NCBI GenBank assembly: GCA_041891055.1
Contig: CP169074.1
Span: forward strand, 928,001 to 992,000
Length of the DNA stretch: 64,000 nucleotides
Direction of reading: 5' to 3'
Origin: Halorutilales archaeon Cl-col2-1
Lineage (GTDB): Archaea; Halobacteriota; Halobacteria; Halobacteriales; Afararchaeaceae
Part shown: positions 49,225 to 57,956 of the stretch, piece by piece
Position numbering within the stretch: position 1 is the stretch's first letter
Layout: the number at the start of each line of letters is the position of its first letter
Notes under the pieces: model-generated
Told to the model about the DNA's origin: nothing
The model's database searches: none
The model's input: the letters and a program-made list of their open reading frames with translations, nothing else
Program-made: the position numbers and the translations under genes

Positions 49225-49592
49225 CTCTCCTCAGACTGTTTTTGACGAGGATCGACGGCGTGTTCCTGCCAGTCCTCGTAGTCGAAAGTGTCGTCCTCAT
49301 GGCTATCTGCTACTTGGCTAGACTGTCTGACAGCTGCATCAAGGCTCTGGACGTGGTCACTGACCCGCCAGTACTTGGATCTGTGTTCGACACGTCCTTT
49401 CTCACGAAGACGGACGAGTGTCGGTCCTACAGATCCACTCTTGACATCAGTCGCTTCAGCTATCTCGGACTGCGTGAATGCTTTGTCAGGGTTCTGTCTC
49501 AGGAACGACAGGATTCTGCCCGCGTTAGTCTCAGGATTGGGAAGACTCGGGTTCTCGTCTAGTCTCTCAAACCTCTCGGCTTCTATGGGCAT
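49221..49592 (-). CDS. MarR-like HTH putative antitoxin
   Basis: TNAGRILSFL...AFTQSEIAEAT..GSVGPTLVRL; ATGA-coupled to toxin. Confidence 0.78.
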   Translation of the reverse strand: MPIEAERFERLDENPSLPNPETNAGRILSFLRQNPDKAFTQSEIAEATDVKSGSVGPTLVRLREKGRVEHRSKYWRVSDHVQSLDAAVRQSSQVADSHEDDTFDYEDWQEHAVDPRQKQSEER

Positions 49593-49661
49593 ACTGTATT
49601 CTATGTATCGTACTGTAGTAAACAACCTCGGGCGCGGTGGCCCGAGGCTTTTGTAGTTCCC

Positions 49662-50966
49662 TCAGCCGTGCGCTAGCACTCCCTGTTCCGCGAGGGAACG
49701 GGATGAGGTTGGGCGGCTTACGCGCCCCGACCCGGACAGACGCACCAACCGTACTTGGGGCTGGGTTTTGTGAGTCCGGTAATTCGATTCGGTACCGTCG
49801 AGTTTTGCCTTCTCGCGCCACGCGATGTTCACTGACGCGTTCCGGTCGGCGTGGTCTTGCACTACGTCACACTCGTTGTTCGGACACCGGAACCGCCGAC
49901 CCTGCCGATACCCACGCTCGCCACAACACGAACACGTCTGCGAGTTGTGGTAGCCATCCACCGTATCCGTGGGAATCTCTCGCCACGTCGCCTTGTACGA
50001 GACGAATATCTCGAACTTGTGGAACGGGAGTTTGTGCAATCGGCGGTTCATATACGTCCCGTACTGTATTTCCTCGCGGATACCGCTCATATCCTCGAAA
50101 ACAATAACCGGGTTCGAGAACTGCTCTGCGAACTCCACGACAGCACGAGACAAGCGGTGTAACACCCACTCGGTGAATCGTTCTTCCTTGTCACCGATTT
50201 TCCGGTGGATGCTCGTCTTGCCGTGTTCCTGACAGCGTTTCGTGATCGTGTGGTAGCGTTGGCGTTCCTGCTTCACTCGTCCGTAGTCGAGGACGAGCGT
50301 GCCCTTCGTCCGCATCGTCTCACGGTCGAGGGCGGTGAGAGCGACGTTACGCTCGTTGATATCCACGCCGACGAGCGTGTCGCTGGTGTCGGGGTCGGGC
50401 ACGTCGAACTCGCGTGTGACCGTGACGTGTAGGTAGTACACGCCATCGCGGTACAAGAGTTCAGCCTGTCCCACATCCACCTCCTCCGACGCGATGGCCT
50501 CTCGAAGTTCGTTCATCGCGTCCGGTTCGCCGCGCAGGTGGCCCTTCACCTTCTTGTAGGGTTTCGGACTGATGCGGAACTGGACGCGATTCGTGTTGTC
50601 GTCCACGGTGAGGCGATAGCCTTCCGTGTGCGCCATCACGAGCGGGTACGCACCAGATTTATCCGTACTCGGCGGCGTCGGCTTGCCGTCATCAGGGTCA
50701 TCTCGTTCGCGCCACCAGTCAAGGAGTGACTGGTAGGAGTCCCACGTTTGGAGGGCTTTGCCGACGACCGCACACTTGTTGTTCCGCAAGAATTCGTCGC
50801 GGTCAACCTCCTGCTGTATCTCGGTGCGCGTGTATCCCTGCTGTTTGAGGCGGATGGTGTCGTTGAAGATCTCGCGTGACGCGAGGCGGGCGTCGTGAAG
50901 CCACGACCGCTCACCAGACGCTATGTGAAGACGCGTCTGAATCGTCTTCGTGGCTTCCTCACCCAT
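49662..50966 (-). CDS. tnpB: TnpB
   Basis: VGVDIN, IVFEDM, CSCCG...CPNNEC, HADRNASVNI; ATG at 50966. Confidence 0.95.
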   Translation of the reverse strand: MGEEATKTIQTRLHIASGERSWLHDARLASREIFNDTIRLKQQGYTRTEIQQEVDRDEFLRNNKCAVVGKALQTWDSYQSLLDWWRERDDPDDGKPTPPSTDKSGAYPLVMAHTEGYRLTVDDNTNRVQFRISPKPYKKVKGHLRGEPDAMNELREAIASEEVDVGQAELLYRDGVYYLHVTVTREFDVPDPDTSDTLVGVDINERNVALTALDRETMRTKGTLVLDYGRVKQERQRYHTITKRCQEHGKTSIHRKIGDKEERFTEWVLHRLSRAVVEFAEQFSNPVIVFEDMSGIREEIQYGTYMNRRLHKLPFHKFEIFVSYKATWREIPTDTVDGYHNSQTCSCCGERGYRQGRRFRCPNNECDVVQDHADRNASVNIAWREKAKLDGTESNYRTHKTQPQVRLVRLSGSGRVSRPTSSRSLAEQGVLAHG

Positions 50967-51010
50967 ATGTTGACAATCGTTCCATATTGTCATAAATGTA
51001 GGGATTAAGG

Positions 51011-51418
51011 ATGGAGGAGTACCGCAGTCATTCACATTCGGTTAGTTCTTGCAAGTATCACTTCGTGTGGTGTCCCAAGTACCGCCACCCTGTTCTCGAT
51101 GTAGTGGAGGACGATGTGCGAGAGTTGTTTGGTGAGACTGCCGACCACTTCGGTCACGAAATTCTGGCGTTGGAGATTGCGGACGACCACGTACACCTGT
51201 TCGTGCAAACAGACCCGAAGCACAGTCCAGCGGATATTGCTCGGCAGTTCAAGTCTTACTCTGGCAAGCATTTGCTGGAGCGGCATCCCGAGATTCGGGA
51301 GGCGTATTTCTGGGGTGGCGGATTTTGGAAGGTTGGCTACTACGTGGGTACGACGGGAGCGGTGTCGGAGGAAGTGGTTGAACGGTATATCGAAGAGACG
51401 GAACATGTCCCGGAGTGA
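51011..51418 (+). CDS. tnpA: IS200/IS605 Y1 transposase TnpA
   Basis: YHFVWCPKYR, HUH motif DHVHLF, FWKVGYY, catalytic Tyr in ERYIEE. Confidence 0.96.
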   Translation: MEEYRSHSHSVSSCKYHFVWCPKYRHPVLDVVEDDVRELFGETADHFGHEILALEIADDHVHLFVQTDPKHSPADIARQFKSYSGKHLLERHPEIREAYFWGGGFWKVGYYVGTTGAVSEEVVERYIEETEHVPE

Positions 51419-51440
51419 CGCGCTTCACCCCCGCCCACGG

Positions 51441-51586
51441 TGTTGACGCAAATCGAAGATTTGCGAAAGTCCCGAGATCTCCGATCTCGTGTGCTCGCTA
51501 ATCGGAGATTAGCGAAAGTTGTTAGATCTCCGATCTAACAGCCCGTGAATCTATGATTCACGAAGCCGAAAACCTGCGGTTTTCGG
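51441..51586 (+). repeat. Six short hairpins stacked inside the IS605 left-end hairpin
   Basis: GCAAATC-GAA-GATTTGC, CGAGATC-TCC-GATCTCG, GCTAATC-GGA-GATTAGC, TGTTAGATC-TCC-GATCTAACA, CGTGAATC-TAT-GATTCACG, CCGAAAACC-TGC-GGTTTTCGG. Confidence 0.85.
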
Positions 51587-51637
51587 AAGGGCGGGGAACT
51601 CGCGCTGCTTTTCGTTTAGACCTCCCACAACTGTTTT

Positions 51638-51661
51638 GTATACATATACGTATACATATAT
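51638..51661 (+). promoter_or_regulatory. Candidate vapBC operator/promoter
   Basis: GTATACATATA repeated twice, containing GTATAC palindromes, immediately 5' of the antitoxin ATG. Confidence 0.45.
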
Positions 51662-51886
51662 ATGACAACGATACGGGTGTCCGAGGAAACTAAGAAACGC
51701 CTCGAAATGGAGAAAAGAGAGAACGAAAGCTTCGATGACGTCATACTACGACTGACAGACAGGGATAAATGGCAAGGCTTCGGTGCCCTAGAAGGAGGAA
51801 AAGACAGTAAGGAAGGGATGCAGAAGGTTCGAGAGGAGTTTAGCGAGGAGATGGACAGGGATGTAGAAGAGATGGAACAAGAGTAG
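51662..51886 (+). CDS. vapB: VapB-like RHH antitoxin
   Basis: MTTIRVSEETKKRL..EKRENESFDDVILRL. Confidence 0.85.
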   Translation: MTTIRVSEETKKRLEMEKRENESFDDVILRLTDRDKWQGFGALEGGKDSKEGMQKVREEFSEEMDRDVEEMEQE

Positions 51887-51892
51887 AGTAGT

Positions 51893-52297
51893 ATGATCTG
51901 TCTGGATAATAACCTCCTGAGCGACTACCTAGATGGAAAAGAAGAAGCCCGAAAGTTTTTGAAGGAGTATGAATCCGAGCCCTGGGCTGTATCGAACATC
52001 GTGGTTTTTGAAGCCTACATGGGCGTTGTCCACGGATATATCGACGGAGACGTTGAAACTATCCGACAGGCAATAAAGTCCTCTATGGCGATCCTAGAGG
52101 TAACAGAAAGAACGGTTAATGAGGCTGTGGAGATCCAGAAAGAGCTTAGAAAGAAGGGGCACACTCTTGAGAAACCGGACTCCCTAATCGTAGCCAACGC
52201 TAGAGAGCATGGAGGGAGATTCGCTACAGCGGAGAAGCAGTTCTGGAATGATGATGTCAAAGAAGTGGTAGATGTGGTAAGATACGACGATCAGTAA
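51893..52297 (+). CDS. vapC: PIN-domain toxin VapC
   Basis: ICLDNNLL, VVFEAY, PDSLIVANA. Confidence 0.85.
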   Translation: MICLDNNLLSDYLDGKEEARKFLKEYESEPWAVSNIVVFEAYMGVVHGYIDGDVETIRQAIKSSMAILEVTERTVNEAVEIQKELRKKGHTLEKPDSLIVANAREHGGRFATAEKQFWNDDVKEVVDVVRYDDQ

Positions 52298-52465
52298 GCC
52301 ATCTAACTCCAAGACGAGTATCTCCGGGTCTTTAACACATCCCACAGAGAGTGACACAGCCACAGCTACGCGTCTGTGTGAGTGTAAGTCTGGGTTATCT
52401 TCTCAAAGAATAAAGAAAGGCTGTCTGTGTGTCTGTTCTAAGACCTACTCAGAGTAAGCGTGTGC

Positions 52466-55400
52466 TTACTCCTTTCTTCTGAGAGCTATGAGACCAGCGC
52501 CGATGAGGGCGATCAGAGTCGCTGCGACTCCGAATCCAGGCTGTCCCTGTCCGCCGCTCTCGGCTTCCTCAAGCTGGCTCTGGAGGTCGCTGTTCTCCTG
52601 CTCAAGCGTGTCGACCTGCGAGCTGAGGTTCTCGTTCTCCGACTGCGCGTCCTCAAGCTGCGTGTTGAGCTCCTCGTTCTGCGTCTCAAGCTCGTCTACC
52701 TGCGTGCTGAGCTCCTCGTTCTCGGTCTGGAGCTCCTCTACGTTGCTCTGGAGCTGACTGACTCTGTCTGCGAGTGTCGGCTTGTCAGAGAGCATCGCGT
52801 CGTTGCGCTCTCCTTCCGCGACTATCTCAACTGTGACTACGTCAGTGTTGTCTCCGTCGTCTGCTTCGATCTCGTAGGTTCCGGGCTCAAGTCCCGTTGT
52901 GTCTACCGAGACCGACCAGACTCCGCTCTCCATCGACCACTCGTCTGTGGTCTGGACGGGCATCTCGTTCATGCTAGGTCCGGAGACCGACTCAACACTT
53001 ATCGTGTTGTCGTCAGGTCTGAGGTTCGTCGTTCCGCGTACCATCATCGTCTCTCCTGCCTCTATCGGGACGATTCCCGTAATGTTGGAGTGCGACGACG
53101 GCACTACGTCGTTGATCGACGTACTCGAATCTGTGTAACGGAACGAGTCAGTGACTATGAGGTCGTCACTTCCGGTGTCCTCTGTCGTCTTCGAGAGGAG
53201 TATATCTAGAACCTGATCGTGGTTCTTGTTGGCTAACCCTAGACCTATATTCTTAGTTATATCGTAAGCTAGTGCACCGGCATCACCTGCTACGCTGTCT
53301 CCGTACTCACCGTCTCTGCCGGGGGCAACTGCGAAGATTGTGACATCGCCTTGACTTATGTCACCGAAGTCTCCCCAGTCCTCTTCTTCTATCTCGTAGT
53401 CGCTGTCAGTGGATATATCATCAGCGTAGACATTACCTCTCTCGTCAACCATCACTACTGCGACAGCCTCGGTTCCGAGAGCTTCACCAGTTATGTCTAT
53501 CGCGGAGTCTGTAGCCACCTGTCCGTTGACAGTGTGGAAGGTCGCCGAGAGACTGGGCTCGACAGTGCGTATCGAGCGCTGATTGGATGTTCCCTGGTTG
53601 AAGTCACTCGTGTCAAGCTCCGTCGCGTAGTCAGTACCGCCTTCAGTGACGAAGCCAGTTGAATCGGTAGTTCCGTCATCGTCAGTGACTGCAGCTCTCG
53701 AAGTGTCCTGCTTATCTATGATTCCTATTCTGTAGGTTCCTGAAATGCTGAGTATGTCACTACGGGCATCCAGCGCGACATCTTCTTCCTCCCACGTTCC
53801 GTCGGACTCAACCGTGTCAGTAAGTACACGTTGCCAGTCGCCTTCGTCTCTGACGTAGACTGCGACGTCATCGAGTCCCTGCGACGCTGTTCCGTTGAGG
53901 TCAACTTCGGAGCCTATCACGTACGTCGCTCCGGGGTTGTCTATAGTTACCTGTGCTTCCTCGACATTGAGCGTCTTGTCGTCTTCGTCGTCAGTAGCGA
54001 GGTCTATGGTACCGTCCGTAAGATCGTGGTACGCTGCGTTTATCGCTGCGCTAGATGTACTGTAGTCGTTTGCCGCGACTGTGCTCTCGTAGAGGTAGAC
54101 ATCAACCGACGTGTCGTCGAGATCCTGCGTGTCTATTCTTCCCGTAGCTACTCCTGTGGAGTCGTCTACCTCAACCATCGCAACTACGTAACCGTCCACA
54201 CGTCTGATATCCAGCGTGTCTCCAACATTACGGAAGACTCCGAGGGGATCGTTAGATCCAGCACTCGTGTCGACCGAGTCACGTAGGTCGTCTTCGTCTA
54301 TCGCGACTGCGTGGTAAAGACCCGCGTCAGACGCTCTGACAGTGTAGTCGACACGCTCTCCCTGTGTCGCACTGTCTTCTTCAAGCTCTAGGTACGGATC
54401 TTCCTGCGACGTTATTGATATCGTCGCTGTCCTTGTCGCGTCTCCGAAGTCAAGGCTGTCGACTCCGGCTACTTCTATCGTGTACTCTCCTGCTTCGAGA
54501 TCTCCTGTGTTTATCTCCCAGCGGTTACCTAAGTTATCATTAACCGTTCCTCCACTACGTGTGTCGGACTGACCCGTAGCTAGTGCTTCTCCGGTAACCT
54601 CTGTTCCCGTCGAGTCCATTACGCTGAGCTCGACGTCCTCTGCGGAGTCGTAGTTCCACGTCGTGCTGACGTAGAGATTTGTTCCTTCCTGGACTTCACT
54701 TCCTGCGACTCCCTGTCCCTGCTCGTTGTCAACATCCATCGACACTATGCGGGGCGTCGAGACTGTGACCCTACCGCCACCGTAGACTCCAGTCTCCTGG
54801 TTCTGCGGTATCGTGCCTACAAGGTCAAGCTGCTGTCCCTCGGCTCCTGAGTTCTCGTCTCCTGTGAGCGTGTTGGGTACGCTACCTGCACTGTTTACCC
54901 AGTGGACGTCATCTTCTCCCTGGTAGACTGTCGGGTTGTTCGCGAGGTCTATTGTTCCGCCGGGGTTGCCGTTTGCGTTATCTGTCGAATCCTGTGTCTT
55001 ACGGATTTCAGATGGCGTAGTCGGGGGTGTAGAACCACCAACTACAGTGTAAGTTGCAGAGGAAGCCGTTCCTCCGCCGAGTTCGACATCAACGGAACCG
55101 GTGTCACTGTCGGACTGTCCCGACAGGTCGGCTACTACCGTATACGTCGCGTCGGTACCACTTCCTGATGTGATATTGACGAACTGAACCTTCTCGTCGG
55201 TTCCGTCACCGTCAGTATCGTACAGGGTCACAAAATCGTCCTGTCCAGTGTCTGTCGGCGATACATCTACGTCAAAGTTGCTCTCTCCAAGCGTCACATT
55301 CGTCGCTCCGCTACCAACATTCGAAACCGTCACATCTATCGATACCCTGTCATCCAGACCGTCTCCATCCTGGTCGGAGAGGGTCGGATCAATATTATCA

Positions 55401-55495
55401 ACACTCTGTGCCGCTGCGGGCGCTGCAAACGCCGTCACCGACACAGCCACTACGAGTGCTATAAACATCGCAGTGATTCTGTTTTTCCTATTCAT
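52466..55495 (-). CDS. csg: Major cell-surface (S-layer) glycoprotein with extra N-terminal domain, coiled-coil stalk and PGF-CTERM anchor
   Basis: Signal peptide, Csg-like core (DLNGTASQGLDDVAVY, GTTNLRPDDNTISVE, ADDGDNTD), QPGF + TM + RRK; GGTGA SD before ATG 55495. Confidence 0.88.
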   Translation of the reverse strand: MNRKNRITAMFIALVVAVSVTAFAAPAAAQSVDNIDPTLSDQDGDGLDDRVSIDVTVSNVGSGATNVTLGESNFDVDVSPTDTGQDDFVTLYDTDGDGTDEKVQFVNITSGSGTDATYTVVADLSGQSDSDTGSVDVELGGGTASSATYTVVGGSTPPTTPSEIRKTQDSTDNANGNPGGTIDLANNPTVYQGEDDVHWVNSAGSVPNTLTGDENSGAEGQQLDLVGTIPQNQETGVYGGGRVTVSTPRIVSMDVDNEQGQGVAGSEVQEGTNLYVSTTWNYDSAEDVELSVMDSTGTEVTGEALATGQSDTRSGGTVNDNLGNRWEINTGDLEAGEYTIEVAGVDSLDFGDATRTATISITSQEDPYLELEEDSATQGERVDYTVRASDAGLYHAVAIDEDDLRDSVDTSAGSNDPLGVFRNVGDTLDIRRVDGYVVAMVEVDDSTGVATGRIDTQDLDDTSVDVYLYESTVAANDYSTSSAAINAAYHDLTDGTIDLATDDEDDKTLNVEEAQVTIDNPGATYVIGSEVDLNGTASQGLDDVAVYVRDEGDWQRVLTDTVESDGTWEEEDVALDARSDILSISGTYRIGIIDKQDTSRAAVTDDDGTTDSTGFVTEGGTDYATELDTSDFNQGTSNQRSIRTVEPSLSATFHTVNGQVATDSAIDITGEALGTEAVAVVMVDERGNVYADDISTDSDYEIEEEDWGDFGDISQGDVTIFAVAPGRDGEYGDSVAGDAGALAYDITKNIGLGLANKNHDQVLDILLSKTTEDTGSDDLIVTDSFRYTDSSTSINDVVPSSHSNITGIVPIEAGETMMVRGTTNLRPDDNTISVESVSGPSMNEMPVQTTDEWSMESGVWSVSVDTTGLEPGTYEIEADDGDNTDVVTVEIVAEGERNDAMLSDKPTLADRVSQLQSNVEELQTENEELSTQVDELETQNEELNTQLEDAQSENENLSSQVDTLEQENSDLQSQLEEAESGGQGQPGFGVAATLIALIGAGLIALRRKE

Positions 55496-55630
55496 GTTTT
55501 GTTTCACCTGTTTCGGACGTTATGTCCGAACCCTCGGTTAGCCAAGATGGGCTCCGGTGAAAGGAGCCATAGACCTATGGCTAACTGGGTTCACGGTGAA
55601 AGAATACTCTGGACATCTTAAATACTTTCT
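55496..55630 (-). promoter_or_regulatory. Structured 5' leader and promoter of the S-layer gene
   Basis: TTCGGAC/GTCCGAA hairpin, GTTAGCCA/TGGCTAAC and GGCTCC/GGAGCC nested stems; GAAAGTATTTAAG BRE/TATA-like near 55617-55629. Confidence 0.55.
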
Positions 55631-55714
55631 GTTAAAACGTCAGACGGGCGTCAGATGAGAAAATCAGTATATCTGGAGAAAAATGTTCATGAATAAGAGT
55701 ACACGTAGTTACAG

Positions 55715-56923
55715 TTAGTTCCGTGCTCGGTTCCAGTCTATTATAGACTGTATTATCTGCGTGCGTGAGTACTGCTTCCCGCCAATCTCTCCGTTATTTT
55801 TGTTCCACTCGATAATTCTTTGGACGACTGTATTTCTGTTAGTAGGTCTATTGCTTTGGGTTGCAAACGGATTATTTGATTCGAGGGATCCAGTGTTATT
55901 CTCGACTGTGTAAGTCTCAGATAACATCTCACCACTTCCTAGTTCAACATTAACAGATCCGGTTTCTCCATCTGCTTGATTAGAGAGATTAGCTATAACG
56001 GTGTATGTACCGCTAGCAGTACCGACTTCGACGAACTGAACCTTCTCGTTGGTTCCGTCACCGTCAGTATCAAACGTACTCACAAACTGCGCTTGGTTCC
56101 CGTCAGTGGTGTCTGTCGGCGATATATCTACGTCAAAGTTGCTCTCTCCAAGCGTCACATTCGTCTCTCCGCTACTCGCCTCTGATACGGTACTATCCAC
56201 GACTATCTGATCATCTAGACCATCTCCATCTGTGTCTGACAAAGTTGTCCGTATATTCTCTATGCCCGTGTCATCTCCTGAACTACCACTAACTGCTGTA
56301 CTGAGGTTAAACCGAAGATTAACATTTGCCGGATAGAACCCTGGCTGGGTGTTATTGTTCGCAATAAGATACTGACTGTCAGTCTGCGAACCGGTACCAC
56401 AGTAGCCACTCGTAGAACAGTCAGTCCCATCTTGGTAGATAAACGGAATGACCTCCATCTCAACACCATTCGACATGAATGTTTCTCCGACCGAGTACTC
56501 CGACTGATTAGGAGTTAGAGTGTCGAATGTCACATTTGAACTCGGATTAGTCTTTGATCCAAACTCAACATTATCTATCACCATTTCTTGACCACCAACG
56601 CTGAAGGATCCGATGTCACCAGTAACCTCAACGGTTCCTCGTTCACCAGTATCTGTACTATCCTGAGTCACATCTACAGAAGCACCACCTACATCCCTAC
56701 TGTTAACTCCATCAGGCGGACTCTCAGCGAAAGATGAGATATTATAGACACGATCCCCATTCACCTCGATATTGAGATTCCCTCCACCTTGGTAATAGTC
56801 GAACGCAATCCTCTCGACAGATGTGTTGTTACTATCCTGTGCCGCGACAGTTCCAACGCCCGACGAAAGAACGATTGCTGTGACAAAAGCAGCTATAAGA
56901 ATGGTTTTCGTACTATCTATCAT
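55715..56923 (-). CDS. Secreted glycoprotein: beta-rich domain + shared DxDGDG domain + C-terminal WN tag
   Basis: Signal peptide ending TVAA-Q; domain at 55904-56263 homologous to csg N-terminus; tag at 55715-55880. Confidence 0.85.
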   Translation of the reverse strand: MIDSTKTILIAAFVTAIVLSSGVGTVAAQDSNNTSVERIAFDYYQGGGNLNIEVNGDRVYNISSFAESPPDGVNSRDVGGASVDVTQDSTDTGERGTVEVTGDIGSFSVGGQEMVIDNVEFGSKTNPSSNVTFDTLTPNQSEYSVGETFMSNGVEMEVIPFIYQDGTDCSTSGYCGTGSQTDSQYLIANNNTQPGFYPANVNLRFNLSTAVSGSSGDDTGIENIRTTLSDTDGDGLDDQIVVDSTVSEASSGETNVTLGESNFDVDISPTDTTDGNQAQFVSTFDTDGDGTNEKVQFVEVGTASGTYTVIANLSNQADGETGSVNVELGSGEMLSETYTVENNTGSLESNNPFATQSNRPTNRNTVVQRIIEWNKNNGEIGGKQYSRTQIIQSIIDWNRARN

Positions 56924-57035
56924 ACAGAATATAATATTATTCCAGACAAATATATCTAACCCAGTCAGATCAGACAGCCAGAAGATTGGTTTATTAAGCG
57001 ATCTTCGCCGTGCTTTGGTAGCGTTGTGCTCGGAG

Positions 57036-57845
57036 CTACTTTGCTGTATTCCACTCAACTATGTAGCTGATTATGTCACTACGCGAATACTGTGTACCAT
57101 TAATTACGCCGTTATTAGTATTCCACTCGACAATCCTAGAAATTACGTTTGTCCTACTCTCTGGGGCTCCATTCTCATCCATAAATGGATTACTCGACTG
57201 AGGCAGTGAATCAGGAAGATAAGAGCTAAATACCTTGGCTAGCTCGAAGTCAAACTTGTCCAGACCTTGAATTATGTCCTGATCTATAGCACTGACGTTT
57301 GAGTTTTTCAAGTCATTGCCACTGACATAGTCCTGGGCATCCTGTTGGTTGCCGAATGGAACAGGATTTTCTCCCATAGGAATGACCGACGGATCGAGGT
57401 TGTTACTGTTATTGTCAAGGACAAAGTAAGAGTCGAAGGCATCTATATAATCTCCATCAGTATAGTCATGCACCCATGCTGCCTCTACCGTCTCATGACT
57501 CTGTGCGGAATTATTGAATTTCTCAGATGTAGGATATACGTAGTATGCAGTCAGACACGCCGGAGAGCAGAAGTAACGTCTGTCTTCGCTTGCAGTTACT
57601 AGTTGCGCGTTACCCTGTTCAAAGTTCTTGACTTTCATCCCGCAGACTTCACAGGAAGTCCCCTCAGGGATATCTTCTGTGAGTATAGGATCATACGAGG
57701 TTGTCTGAGCCCGGGATTTCCGGACAGGTAGTCCAAGAAGTGCTGTTACTGCTCCGGCTGCTCCCGCCGCCATCGCTGATCGACGTGATAATCTTGGAAC
57801 ATCCTTATCTGAAACCTCACGTTTGTCGTGGTCACGATCCTTCAT
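57036..57845 (-). CDS. Tat-exported NosL-family (copper chaperone-like) protein with C-terminal WN tag
   Basis: SRRSAM twin-arginine; CEVCGM, FCSPACL, WVHDY, PMG; tag at 57036-57194. Confidence 0.85.
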   Translation of the reverse strand: MKDRDHDKREVSDKDVPRLSRRSAMAAGAAGAVTALLGLPVRKSRAQTTSYDPILTEDIPEGTSCEVCGMKVKNFEQGNAQLVTASEDRRYFCSPACLTAYYVYPTSEKFNNSAQSHETVEAAWVHDYTDGDYIDAFDSYFVLDNNSNNLDPSVIPMGENPVPFGNQQDAQDYVSGNDLKNSNVSAIDQDIIQGLDKFDFELAKVFSSYLPDSLPQSSNPFMDENGAPESRTNVISRIVEWNTNNGVINGTQYSRSDIISYIVEWNTAK

Positions 57846-57956
57846 ACATATAGAATATAGGAGAAAAATAATATTATTTCTGGTATAATACCTGAATTAT
57901 TTTAGTATAAAAGTCGAATATGAGCACAAGTATGAGACAAGGTAGCTAGAATTAAC

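Larger units (their letters stand above)
49618..51615 (-). mobile_element. IS605-group element with divergent tnpA and tnpB
   Basis: Right-end hairpin CCTCGGGC...GCCCGAGG then TTAC on minus strand; left-end arms CCCCGCCC/GGGCGGGG; left boundary approximate. Confidence 0.88.

Noticed and set aside
57036-57845. Nitrous oxide reductase operon
   Set aside because: Only a NosL-like domain; no nosZ, D, F or Y in the window
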